A stretch of DNA of 64,000 nt, from positions 1,664,001-1,728,000 of the forward strand of contig CAWFFN010000009.1 in the NCBI GenBank assembly GCA_963815115.1, written 5' to 3'. The stretch comes from an uncultured delta proteobacterium. Its GTDB lineage: Bacteria; Desulfobacterota; Binatia; DP-6. The notes under the pieces are model-generated. The model was not told the origin of the DNA. It searched no databases and worked only from the letters and a program-made list of their open reading frames with translations. Shown here piece after piece: positions 55,456-64,000 of this stretch. Position numbers and translations under genes: made by a program. Every line of letters begins with the position of its first letter. The first letter of the stretch is position 1.

Positions 55456-56781
55456 ATGTCGGGTGGGTGGTGGGCGCGGGTCGCGTCGCTGGCGGCGCTC
55501 CTCGGGATGCTCGCCGGCTGCCGTGGAACGGGTCCGCGTGGCGTCCCGCCTTCGGACGACCGCTGGCTCGTGGTGTGGGCCGGCGATGCGGACCGCCGCC
55601 ATTCCGACTTCCTCGCGATCATCGACCCGGGCGGGAAGGTCGTACGCACCATTCCCGTCAAGTCCGCGGGCAACGAGCCGCAGGACGTCAACTCGGACCT
55701 GCGACGCGACCAGCACGTCTTCGCCACCGGCGCGCTCACCAACCGCACCTTCGTCTTCGACCTCCACGATCCCCGCGAGGGCACGCTGGTGCGCATCGAC
55801 GACCCGGGCACGAGCCGTCCGCTGGCCGGCCCGCGCGGCGTGACGAGCATCCCCGGCGGCCGCGTCGTGATCGCGTGCGCCGACGAGGCCGGCTACCGCG
55901 GCGAGCCGCGCGAGGTGGTTCGGTCCGCCGGCGGTCTGCGGGTCCTGGGCGACGACGGCCGCTTCGTGAAGGACGTGCCGGCGAGCGGCGACGCGGCCAA
56001 GGGCTTCATCGTGGCACCTGCCGGGGTCGCGGTGCAGCCGTCGCTCAGACGCCTCGTGACCACCAGCGAGGGGCACGGCTTCACGTCCACCGCGCAGACC
56101 GAGCTGATCCCGGGCATCTCCATCCAGCTGTGGTCCCTCCCCGGACTCACCTTCGAGAAGCACGTCGTGCTCGAGGCCGGCCCGCGCGGCGACGAGAACC
56201 TCGGACCGCGCACGCCCGTCTTCCTGCGGCGGAAGCCCGTCCTGCTGGTCAACACGCGCCAGGGCGGCGCACTGTACGTCTCCGACACCATGGACCTGCC
56301 CGATCCGGTCTTCCGCCTGGCCTACGACTTCGGGGCGAGCTCGCTGCCCGGTGGCGCCGCCGTCACACCCGACGATCGCTTCTACGTGACCGCGCTCGCC
56401 GGGACCCACCGCGTCGTGGTCCTGGCGCTGAACAAGATCCTGGCTCCGCGCGAGGTCTCCTCGGTGCGTCTCGATCAGGTGTCGGGTGGCGGTGAGGACG
56501 GCACGCGCCGCGGCGGCCCGAGCGCGCTCGCGATGAGCCAGGACGGCACGCGCATCGCCGTCGCCGACTACACGGCGGACGTTCCCGGCTACCATGCCGA
56601 CGGCGACCGCCGCGTCTACGTGCTGCGACTCGATCCCGGCACGGGCCGCCTGCGGGTGGACAACTCCTTCCGCGACGAGGAAAGCGGTGCGGTGGGCGTC
56701 GAGTTCGACCGCGGCGCGTGGCCGCACGGCAAGACCGGCCCCGCGCGCCCCCACGGCCTGCTCTTCATCTCCGGAGGTTGA
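55456..56781 (+). CDS. Lipoprotein, selenium-binding protein (SBP56)/methanethiol oxidase-like beta-propeller
   Basis: LAGC lipobox, SDFLAIID, GNEP and a C-terminal WPHGKTGPARPHG. Confidence 0.65.
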   Translation: MSGGWWARVASLAALLGMLAGCRGTGPRGVPPSDDRWLVVWAGDADRRHSDFLAIIDPGGKVVRTIPVKSAGNEPQDVNSDLRRDQHVFATGALTNRTFVFDLHDPREGTLVRIDDPGTSRPLAGPRGVTSIPGGRVVIACADEAGYRGEPREVVRSAGGLRVLGDDGRFVKDVPASGDAAKGFIVAPAGVAVQPSLRRLVTTSEGHGFTSTAQTELIPGISIQLWSLPGLTFEKHVVLEAGPRGDENLGPRTPVFLRRKPVLLVNTRQGGALYVSDTMDLPDPVFRLAYDFGASSLPGGAAVTPDDRFYVTALAGTHRVVVLALNKILAPREVSSVRLDQVSGGGEDGTRRGGPSALAMSQDGTRIAVADYTADVPGYHADGDRRVYVLRLDPGTGRLRVDNSFRDEESGAVGVEFDRGAWPHGKTGPARPHGLLFISGG

Positions 56782-56784
56782 GGC

Positions 56785-57690
56785 ATGGCCCCGCCGTCGG
56801 TGCGCCCGCTCGAGGAGCGGGACGTCGAGCGCGCAGGCGACGTCAACTTCGTCGCCTTCCACGACGTTGCCCTCCGGCACGGGCTCCGGCCGGTCGTGAC
56901 GACGCCGGCCGAGGCGCGCAGCTACCTGCGTCACCTGCTCGCCTTCGACCCGATGGGTGGGCTGGTGGCGGACCAGAACGGCGACATCGTCGGGATGGCG
57001 TGGGTCCATCCGCGGGGTCCCGTCGCCACCATCGGACCGGTGGCGGTCGACCCCCGGCTCCAGGGACGGGGCATCGGCCGCCGCCTCGTCGAGAGCTGCA
57101 TCGAGCTGGCCGGTCCGCGCACGCCCCAGGTGCGCCTCGTGCACGAGAGCTTCAACGCCTCGTCGCTGGCGCTCTACCTCCGCACCGGCTTTCGCGTCGT
57201 CGCACCGCTCTGCGAGTTCGAGCTGCCGGCCGGCCAGCGCGTCGGCGCTGCCTCGCCGAGCGGGGTGCGGCTGCGGGCCGCGACCGACGCGGACCGCACG
57301 CGGCTCGTCGAGCGCGACGGCCGCGCCTTCGGGGCGCCGCGGCCGCAGAGCGTCGACCTCTATCTCCGCCGCGGGCGCGTGCTGGTCGCCGAGCGCGGCA
57401 AGACGCTCGCGGGCTACGCCTTCGGCATCGCGTTCGGCACCCTCGGCTATCTGGGCTCGGCCGCGGCGGACGACGGCGACGTCGTGCTGGAGCTGCTGGC
57501 CGCCCAGGCCGGCGAGCTCGGCGGCGCGGCGGTGACGCTGCGCACCCTCGTGCCCGCCGCCGACCGGCGCCTGGTCGACGGGCTGCTCGGCCTCGGCTTC
57601 CGTGTCTTCCGCGCCTGCCACTACATGGTGCGCGGCGGCGGCACGGCGCCCCCGCCCAACTACGTGCTGATGAACGGGGACATGATGTAG
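56785..57690 (+). CDS. GNAT-family N-acetyltransferase
   Basis: IGPVAVDPRLQGRGIGRRL and SLALYLRTGF. Confidence 0.88.
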   Translation: MAPPSVRPLEERDVERAGDVNFVAFHDVALRHGLRPVVTTPAEARSYLRHLLAFDPMGGLVADQNGDIVGMAWVHPRGPVATIGPVAVDPRLQGRGIGRRLVESCIELAGPRTPQVRLVHESFNASSLALYLRTGFRVVAPLCEFELPAGQRVGAASPSGVRLRAATDADRTRLVERDGRAFGAPRPQSVDLYLRRGRVLVAERGKTLAGYAFGIAFGTLGYLGSAAADDGDVVLELLAAQAGELGGAAVTLRTLVPAADRRLVDGLLGLGFRVFRACHYMVRGGGTAPPPNYVLMNGDMM

Positions 57691-57696
57691 CCCCGC

Positions 57697-58566
57697 TCAG
57701 GGGAGCGGGCTCACGTCCACCGCGACCGTCATGGTGTGCTCGCCGCCGCCCAGCACGACCCCGCGCAGCGGGCTCACGTCGCCGTAGTCGCGTCCCCAGG
57801 CGACCGTGACGTGCTGGTCGCTGGGCACGAGGTCGTTGGTGGGATCGACGTCGAGCCACCCCGCGTCGCCGAGCCACACCGAGAGCCACGCGTGCGAGGC
57901 GTCGGCCCCCACCAGGCGCGTCGCGCCCCGGGGCGGGGTGGTGAGGATGTAGCCGCTCACGTAGCGGGCGGCGAGGCCGAGCGCGCGCAGGCACGCGATC
58001 TCGAGGTGGGCGAAGTCCTGGCACACGCCCCGGCGCTCGCGCAGCACCTCCGCCACGGGTGTCGCGACGCTGGTCGCGTCGGGGTCATAGGCGAAGCCGT
58101 CGTGGATCCGGGTCGTGAGCGCCAGGACGGCGTCCACGAGCGGGCGTCCCGGCGGAAACGACTCGGCGGCCCAGGCGAGCACCTCGGGCTCGATCTCGAC
58201 GTGCGGCGACTCGAAGGCGAACTGGTACGCGGCGAGCACCTCGGCGTCGCGGTCGGTACGCAGCCGAGCCCGCACCGCCTCCCACGGCGGCGTCGCACCG
58301 GGTGCCTCGGCGGGCATCACCTCGACGTCGCTCTTGGCGGTGACGGTGAGCTGGCGATGGGGCTCCTGGAGCGCCACGAAGTGCACCTGGTTGCCGAAGA
58401 AGTCGACCTGGGGCGCGAGCACGGACGGCGTCGGATCGACCCGCAGCTGCGCCCGCCGCGTGCGCTGCCGGCCGCCGCTGCGAGGCGTCAGCCGCAGCTC
58501 GTTGTGACAGACCGAGGCGGGCTCCTCGTAGCGATACGTGGTGACGTGGGTCACGCGGTAGGTCAT
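57697..58566 (-). CDS. Transglutaminase-like protein
   Basis: YRVTHVTTYRY, GVCQDFAH, ARYVSGY, ASHAW, DPTN and GRDYGDVSP. Confidence 0.93.
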   Translation of the reverse strand: MTYRVTHVTTYRYEEPASVCHNELRLTPRSGGRQRTRRAQLRVDPTPSVLAPQVDFFGNQVHFVALQEPHRQLTVTAKSDVEVMPAEAPGATPPWEAVRARLRTDRDAEVLAAYQFAFESPHVEIEPEVLAWAAESFPPGRPLVDAVLALTTRIHDGFAYDPDATSVATPVAEVLRERRGVCQDFAHLEIACLRALGLAARYVSGYILTTPPRGATRLVGADASHAWLSVWLGDAGWLDVDPTNDLVPSDQHVTVAWGRDYGDVSPLRGVVLGGGEHTMTVAVDVSPLP

Positions 58567-61118
58567 CCGACGCCTCCCAGCCGGTGCGACGGCTGCGCGT
58601 GGCTCAGGTAGCTGCGGGTGATGGTGTCGGAGAGCGCCACGAGATCGGTCGCGAAGCTCTGCAGGGCCTCGTCGAGCCGCGTCCGCGTTCCCTGCCGTCC
58701 GGGCTCGCACAGGTCCTCGACGTCCAGCAGGCGGACGCGGGTGAGGATGGCGAGCGCGAGGCGCTCCTCGCGGCTGCGTACCGGACGCGACTCGTCGCGC
58801 GGCAGCCGGCGGACGTGGGCGTCGAGCGCGGCGAGCTGGAAGGCGAGCGCGCGCGGGTTGGTCTCGTCGAGCAGCAGGAGATCGAGCACGGGCGCGAGCT
58901 GGAGGCTGCCCAGGTAGCGACGGCGGTAGGTGATCGACACGTCGCCCACCTCGAGCAGCGCTTCGAGCAGGGGCTCGATCGCCGCGTGCGGCCCGACCAG
59001 CGTGCTGCGCAGCAGGGAGGTGAGATGGGCCGCGCGTTCGATGCGCCGCCCCATGTCGGCGAAGCGCCAGCCCTGGCCGCGGGTCATGCTCTCGACGCCG
59101 AGCCCGCTGAAGGCCGCGAGCGTGAGCGTGAGCCGGTTCAGCCCGTCGAGCGCGGCGCCGAGCCCGAGGCGGCCGGGGGGCAGCGCCTGGTCGAGCTGGC
59201 CGAGCACGCGCCAGGTATCGGAGGAGATCTGGTCGCGCACCACGGCGCCGAGGCGCTGCGCGGCGGCGATCGTGGCGCGGAGCGTGCGCGCCGGACTCTG
59301 CTCCTGCACGAAGGCGAGCAGCGCGGGCTCGCTCACGCTGCGCGTCCCGGAAGGATCCACCACGACGAAGCTCGGCTCGACCCGGCTCTGGACTGCCAGG
59401 GCCTGGGCGAGCGCGGGGAGGTCGAGCGGCTCGCCACCGCCGGAAGCGTCGGCGAGCCGGGACAGGATGCTGCGCAGCAATCGCGCGGTGCCTTCCGCGC
59501 GCTCGACGTAGCGGCCGAGCCAGAAGAGGTTGTCGGCCACGCGGCTCGGCAGCTCGGCGCCGCTGCGCGACAGCTCGAGCGGGGCGCCCGCCGGACGGAG
59601 CAGGGTGAGCGGGCTCACCGGGCCCTCGGACAGCACCCAGGTGTCCTTGCTGCCGCCGCCACGCTGCATGGAGACGACGAGCGAGTCGCGCGAGCTGGCG
59701 GCGCGGGTGAGGCCGCCCGGCATGGCGAGATAGCCGCCGTCGCGCGCGACCAGGTAGGTGCGCAGCACGATCTGCCGGGGCTCGACGCGCTCGCCGCACC
59801 ACACCGGGGCGGTCGAGAGGGCCACCTGCTCCTGGGCGACGAAAGCGTAGGGCCGCTGGCGCATGCGCGCGATCAGCGCCTCACGCGCCTCCGTGGCGAG
59901 ATGGGCGCCGAAGACCGGCTCGAAGCCGCTGCCCGGGAAGGCCGGCTTCACCACCAGGCGATCGAGGTTCGCGATCACGTGCTCGAGCTCGCGCGCCTGG
60001 CCGCACCACCACGTCGCCACCGACGGGATGCGCAGCTCCTCGCCGAGCAGGTGGCGGCAGAGGCCCGGCAGGAACGGGAGCAGGGCGGCAGTCTCGACCA
60101 GGCCACTGCCGAGGGCGTTCGCCACCGCGACGTTGCCGGCGCGGACCGCCTGCAGCAGGCCGGCGACCCCGAGCGACGACGCGCTTCTCAGGCTCAGCGG
60201 ATCGCAGAAGTCGTCGTCGAGGCGCCGCAGCACGACGTCGACCGGCTGGAGGCCGCCGAGAGTCTTCAGGAACACCGCCTGGCCGCGCACCGTCAGGTCC
60301 GCGCCCTCCACCAGCGTGTAGCCGAGGTAGCGGGCGAGGTAGGCGTGCTCGAAGTAGGTCTCGTTGTAGGCCCCCGGCGTGAGCAGCACGATGCGGGGGT
60401 TCTCCCGATGCCGGGGCGCCAGCGCGCGCAGGGTCTCGCGCAGGGCGCCGAAGAAGCCTGCGAGCCGCTGCACCCGGCACTCGCGGAACAGCTCGGGGAG
60501 CGTCCGCGAGAGCACGATGCGGTTCTCCAGCGCGTACCCGGCTCCCGAGGGTGCCTGGGTGCGATCGGCGAGCGCCCACCAGCGTCCGTCCGGGGCGCGC
60601 GCGAGATCGACGGCGAGCAGATGCAGCCAGCACGCGTCCGGGACGGCGACGCCGTGGCAGGGACGGAGGAATCCGGGGTGCGCCCAGAGCAGCTCGGCGG
60701 GCAGGAGCCCGTCGTGCAGGAGCCGCTGCGGGCCGTAGAGGTCGGCGAGCACGAGGTTCAGCAGCAGGGCTCGCTGCGCGAGCCCCGCCTCCAGGGCACG
60801 CCACTCGTCCGCTGCGAGGAGGAGGGGCAGCGGATCGAGCTCCCACGGCCGATCGGCGCCGCGCGGGTCGCCGTAGACGTTGTAGGTGACGCCGTTCTCC
60901 CGGAGCAGCCGCCGCGCCTGCTCCCAGCGGCGCGCCATCTCCTGCGGGCCGAGCTGGCCCAGCGAGGTCGCGAAGCGCGCCCAGTGCGGCCGGGGAGTGT
61001 CGGGGGCAACGAGCAGCTCGTCGTGCACGTCGACCTCGGCCGGAAGCGCGTAGGCGAGCCAGGAGCGGCCACCTCCCGGCGCCGCTGGCGGAGCGGGTCG
61101 ACCGCTCGCAGAGCTCAT
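58563..61118 (-). CDS. Circularly permuted type 2 ATP-grasp protein fused to an alpha-E domain
   Basis: QAPSGAGYALENR, ETYFEHAYLARYLG, MPGGLTR, GGGSKDTWV, LFWLGRYVERAE and GRRIER. Confidence 0.93.
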   Translation of the reverse strand: MSSASGRPAPPAAPGGGRSWLAYALPAEVDVHDELLVAPDTPRPHWARFATSLGQLGPQEMARRWEQARRLLRENGVTYNVYGDPRGADRPWELDPLPLLLAADEWRALEAGLAQRALLLNLVLADLYGPQRLLHDGLLPAELLWAHPGFLRPCHGVAVPDACWLHLLAVDLARAPDGRWWALADRTQAPSGAGYALENRIVLSRTLPELFRECRVQRLAGFFGALRETLRALAPRHRENPRIVLLTPGAYNETYFEHAYLARYLGYTLVEGADLTVRGQAVFLKTLGGLQPVDVVLRRLDDDFCDPLSLRSASSLGVAGLLQAVRAGNVAVANALGSGLVETAALLPFLPGLCRHLLGEELRIPSVATWWCGQARELEHVIANLDRLVVKPAFPGSGFEPVFGAHLATEAREALIARMRQRPYAFVAQEQVALSTAPVWCGERVEPRQIVLRTYLVARDGGYLAMPGGLTRAASSRDSLVVSMQRGGGSKDTWVLSEGPVSPLTLLRPAGAPLELSRSGAELPSRVADNLFWLGRYVERAEGTARLLRSILSRLADASGGGEPLDLPALAQALAVQSRVEPSFVVVDPSGTRSVSEPALLAFVQEQSPARTLRATIAAAQRLGAVVRDQISSDTWRVLGQLDQALPPGRLGLGAALDGLNRLTLTLAAFSGLGVESMTRGQGWRFADMGRRIERAAHLTSLLRSTLVGPHAAIEPLLEALLEVGDVSITYRRRYLGSLQLAPVLDLLLLDETNPRALAFQLAALDAHVRRLPRDESRPVRSREERLALAILTRVRLLDVEDLCEPGRQGTRTRLDEALQSFATDLVALSDTITRSYLSHAQPSHRLGGVG

Positions 61119-61153
61119 CAGAGCGGGGGTATGCCCGAAGCGACGTTCACTGT

Positions 61154-61297
61154 CGACCCGAGACTGTGTCTCGGGTCGAAGGGGAAGGCGAGCGTGTGGC
61201 GCTCGGTGGATCGAGCGACCGCGGCACGACGTCCGCACTATTTACCGGCCCTCATTGCTCGCTGTCCGGGCTCGACCCGAGACGAAGTCTCGGGTCG
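61154..61297. repeat. Internally deleted copy 2 of the fold-back element
   Basis: The same 25-bp palindromes occur at 61154-61178 and 61273-61297. The interior shares GGCGAGCGTGTGGCG...GGATC and CCGCGGCACGACG.CCGCACT with copy 1. Confidence 0.85.
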
Positions 61298-61503
61298 CAC
61301 GACCCGGGCGGGAAGACCGCTGCCACCGGGAGACCGAGGGCACGGGCCAGGGCGAGCGCGGTGGCCACCGTAGGCAGCGCGCGTCCGTTCTTCACCTGGT
61401 TCACGTAGGCGCGATCGAGACCGGCGCGGGCGGCGAGCTCGACGTCCGTCCAGCTGCGCTCGGCGAGCAGCCGGACTAGGGCGTTGCGCGTCAGCGCCGG
61501 CAC
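61252..61503 (-). CDS. XRE-family helix-turn-helix protein
   Basis: WTDVELAARAGLDRAYVNQVKNGRALPTVATALALARAL. GTG start. Confidence 0.75.
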   Translation of the reverse strand: MPALTRNALVRLLAERSWTDVELAARAGLDRAYVNQVKNGRALPTVATALALARALGLPVAAVFPPGSCDPRLRLGSSPDSEQ

Positions 61504-61736
61504 CGTCGGCCCCGGAGCGGCTCCGCCAGGCGCCAGATCGATTCCACCGGCACCTCGAGCGCCGTCGCCACCCGCTGCGCGACGGCGAGCTGCGGGTTGT
61601 GGTGCCGGCTGCGCAGACGTGCCACGGGCCCGGGAGGCAGGAGCGTGCGCCTGGCGAGGTCGTTCCAGCCGAGGCCGCGCCGGCGCAGCAGGAGGGGCAG
61701 CCCGCTCACCACCCGCGCGCGCGAGGAGGACGTCAT
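61491..61736 (-). CDS. XRE-family helix-turn-helix protein (degenerate)
   Basis: LLLRRRGLGWNDLARRT...NPQLAVAQRVATALEVPVESIW. Confidence 0.65.
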   Translation of the reverse strand: MTSSSRARVVSGLPLLLRRRGLGWNDLARRTLLPPGPVARLRSRHHNPQLAVAQRVATALEVPVESIWRLAEPLRGRRCRR

Positions 61737-61870
61737 GGCTCACCATGCCGGCGATCGTCGGGCGGCAGCAAGGGAGCGTGCATGCCTTGGATCGGAACGT
61801 CGCTCGCTCGCGCGCTTTACCTCCCCGGATCGGGGCTGGTAACTCGGCGGACAGCCGCGAGCCCACCGCG

Positions 61871-63084
61871 ATGCCGACAGCCCACACCACCGACTGGGGA
61901 TTCGCCAGCGAGCTCGAGGACGTCCGCGGAGCCGTCGCCATCGTCGGCATCGGCGATGCCGACTACACGCAGGCGTCCGGCCGCACGACCCACGAGATCG
62001 CGGCCCAGGCGACGGAGCGCGCGCTCGCCGACGCCGGGCTCCGCGCGTCGCGACATCGACGGGCTCATGTACGTGCCGTTCTCCGGCGACCAGTTCACCG
62101 CGCGCGACTTCCACGCCCACTTCGGCACCTCGCACGACGTGTGGGAATCGGCGCGCGGCGGCGGCATGGTGTGGGCCGGATCGGCGCCCTACGACGCGGC
62201 GCTCGCCATCCGCTCCGGTCGCGCGACCTGCGTGCTGAACACCTTCTCGGTGGCGTGGGCGACGCAGCGCACGCAGATGGTCGGCGGTCCCGGACAGGTG
62301 CACGCCGAGGACGCTCTTCAAGCGGAACCTCGAGGTGCCGTTCGGCTGGTTCCCGCAGCCGGTCTACTTCGCCACCATCGCGCGCCGCCACATGCACGAG
62401 TTCGGCACCACGGCCGGAGCAGCTCGGCGCCATCGCGGTCGCGTGCCGGCGGCACGCCGGCCTCACGCCCGGCGCGGTGATGCGCGACAGGCCGCTGTCG
62501 CTCGCCGACTACCTCGCCAGCCCGCTGATCGCCGACCCGTTCCGCAAGGAGGACTGCTGCCTGATCTCCGACGGCGGCGCGGCCTACCTCATGACCTCGC
62601 TCGAGCGCGCGCGCGACCTGCGCCAGCCGATCGTCGCCGTGCTCGGCGTCGGCGTCGGCAACTCGCGCACCGGCGCGTACTGGTCGCAGCAGGGCGCCTT
62701 CACGTCGACCCCGCAGGTGTTCGCGGCGCCGGGCGCCTTCGCCATGGCCGGGCTCGCGCCGGCGGACGTCGACGTGCTCGCGTGCTACGACCCGTTCACC
62801 ATCGTGTCGCTGATGCAGATCGAGGACATGGGCTTCTGCGCGAAGGGCGAGGGCGGCCCCTTCGTCGCCGGCGACGCGCTGCACTTCGACACCGGCACGC
62901 TGCCCTACAACACGCACGGCGGCATGCTGTCGCACGCCTACGTGCTCGGCATCGCCCACGTCGTCGAGATCGTCCGCCAGCTGCGCCACGAGGCCGGCGG
63001 CGCAGGTGCGCGGCGCGCGAGATCGGCGTCTACGGCGGCTACACCGGCCCGCAGGCGAGCACGCTGGTGCTCGCGAGGCGCTGA
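61871..63084 (+). CDS. Thiolase-like (SCP2/Ltp-type) protein (several apparent frameshifts)
   Basis: VAIVGIG, DCCLISDGGAA, YDPFT and NTHGGMLSH across shifting frames. Confidence 0.85.
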
Positions 63085-63514
63085 TGGACGCCGACTTTCC
63101 GCTGCCCGACGTCGACTGGGAGCCGGCGCGCGCGTTCTGGGAGGGCGCGGCCCGCGGCGAGCTGCGCGTCCCGCGCTGCGACGCGTGCGCGCGCTTCGTC
63201 TGGTATCCGGACACGCCCTGCCGGTGGTGCGGCGGCGCACGGCTCACCTGGCTCGACGTCAGCGGCCGCGGCCGGCTCTTCTCGTGGTCGGTCGTGCGCC
63301 ACGCCTGGATCCCGCAGGTCGCCGACCGGCTGCCCTTCGTCACCGGCCTGGTCGCCCTGGAGGAGGATCCCGGCCGTGCGCCTCGTCACCTACGTGGTCG
63401 ACTGCGCGCCCGAGGCGCTGCGCTGCGACCTGCCGGTCCGCGCCGTCTTCCGTCCGCTGCGCTATCCCGGCGTCGAGCGCGACGGTCATGGCCCCGATGT
63501 TCACGCCCGGCTGA
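63084..63514 (+). CDS. DUF35 Zn-ribbon/OB-fold protein (apparent frameshift)
   Basis: FWEGAARGELRVPRCDAC...CRWCGG...SGRGRLFSW. A typical thiolase partner. Confidence 0.85.
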
Positions 63515-63555
63515 CACCTGAGCCGCTGCGTCGTGCTATCGATCGGAGGCCGACC

Positions 63556-64000
63556 ATGTCCGAGCCCTTCTCCGAGGTCGCCAGCATCGACTACCCGATC
63601 ATCGACTCCGACGCGCACGTGAACGAGCCGCCCGAGCTCTGGCAGGAGCGCGTGCCGGCGCGCCTGCGGCCGCGCGCGCCGAAGGTGCTGCACACGGCCG
63701 ACGGCGACGTGTGGTCGTTCGACGACGGCAAGAAGCTGCGGCCGCTCGGCCTCACCGCGACCGCCGGCCTGAGCTACCTGCAGTTTCGCGCCTCGGGCAT
63801 GCGCTACGACACGATCCGCCCCGGCAGCTTCGACACCGCGGCGCGCCTCAAGGACCTCGACGCCGACGGCATCTACGCCCAGATCCTCTACCCGAGCGTC
63901 ACGCTCGCCGGCGCGCGCACCTACAGCGACGACCGCGAGCTGCAGTTCGCCTGCGTGCGCGCCTACAACGAGTGGCTGCTCGAGTTCTGCGCGCCGTCGG
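63556..64000 (+). CDS. Amidohydrolase-2 family protein (3' end off the window)
   Basis: IIDSDAHVNEPPELW...RLKDLDADGI..QILYPS...RAYNEWL. GGAGG RBS. Confidence 0.9.
   Translation, partial: MSEPFSEVASIDYPIIDSDAHVNEPPELWQERVPARLRPRAPKVLHTADGDVWSFDDGKKLRPLGLTATAGLSYLQFRASGMRYDTIRPGSFDTAARLKDLDADGIYAQILYPSVTLAGARTYSDDRELQFACVRAYNEWLLEFCAPS

Noticed and set aside
55053-61297. CRISPR array built from the 25-bp palindromes
   Set aside because: Only two doublets with long, related interiors. No regular spacers and no cas genes.

Overview
A very GC-rich bacterial window read with genetic code 11. The gene content (amidohydrolase-2, thiolase/DUF35, Cys-rich secreted hydrolase, DUF4911) suggests a Binatia or deltaproteobacteria-like organism, but this is inference only. 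Positions 1-31.3 kb form a cation-homeostasis island. It has three kdpF-A-B(-C) operons, each preceded by an extra small membrane peptide and a sigma54 (-24/-12) promoter. It also has mgtA-mgtC, a rubrerythrin-VIT1 gene, an Omp/OprB (MnoP-like) porin and an ABC permease/ATPase pair with no binding protein. A KdpD with an added PAS domain is paired with an NtrC/AlgB-type sigma54 activator instead of KdpE. Positions 31-64 kb are mostly metabolic and housekeeping genes (AurF-like diiron protein, aldo/keto reductase, glgX, tandem SDRs, tatBC, HDAC-like, PBP1A, ptsP, ATP-grasp/alpha-E/transglutaminase, thiolase). The main highlights are a candidate new secreted selenoprotein (in-frame UGA followed by a SECIS-like hairpin, 52999-53826), a predicted sigma54 Kdp regulon with shared enhancer motifs, a divergent Kdp paralogue with acidic filter substitutions and an enlarged KdpC, a structured leader before mgtA, and a palindromic MITE/REPIN-like repeat family. 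Clustered indels at about 27.8-31.2 kb, about 33.0 kb and 62.0-63.5 kb look like sequencing errors.
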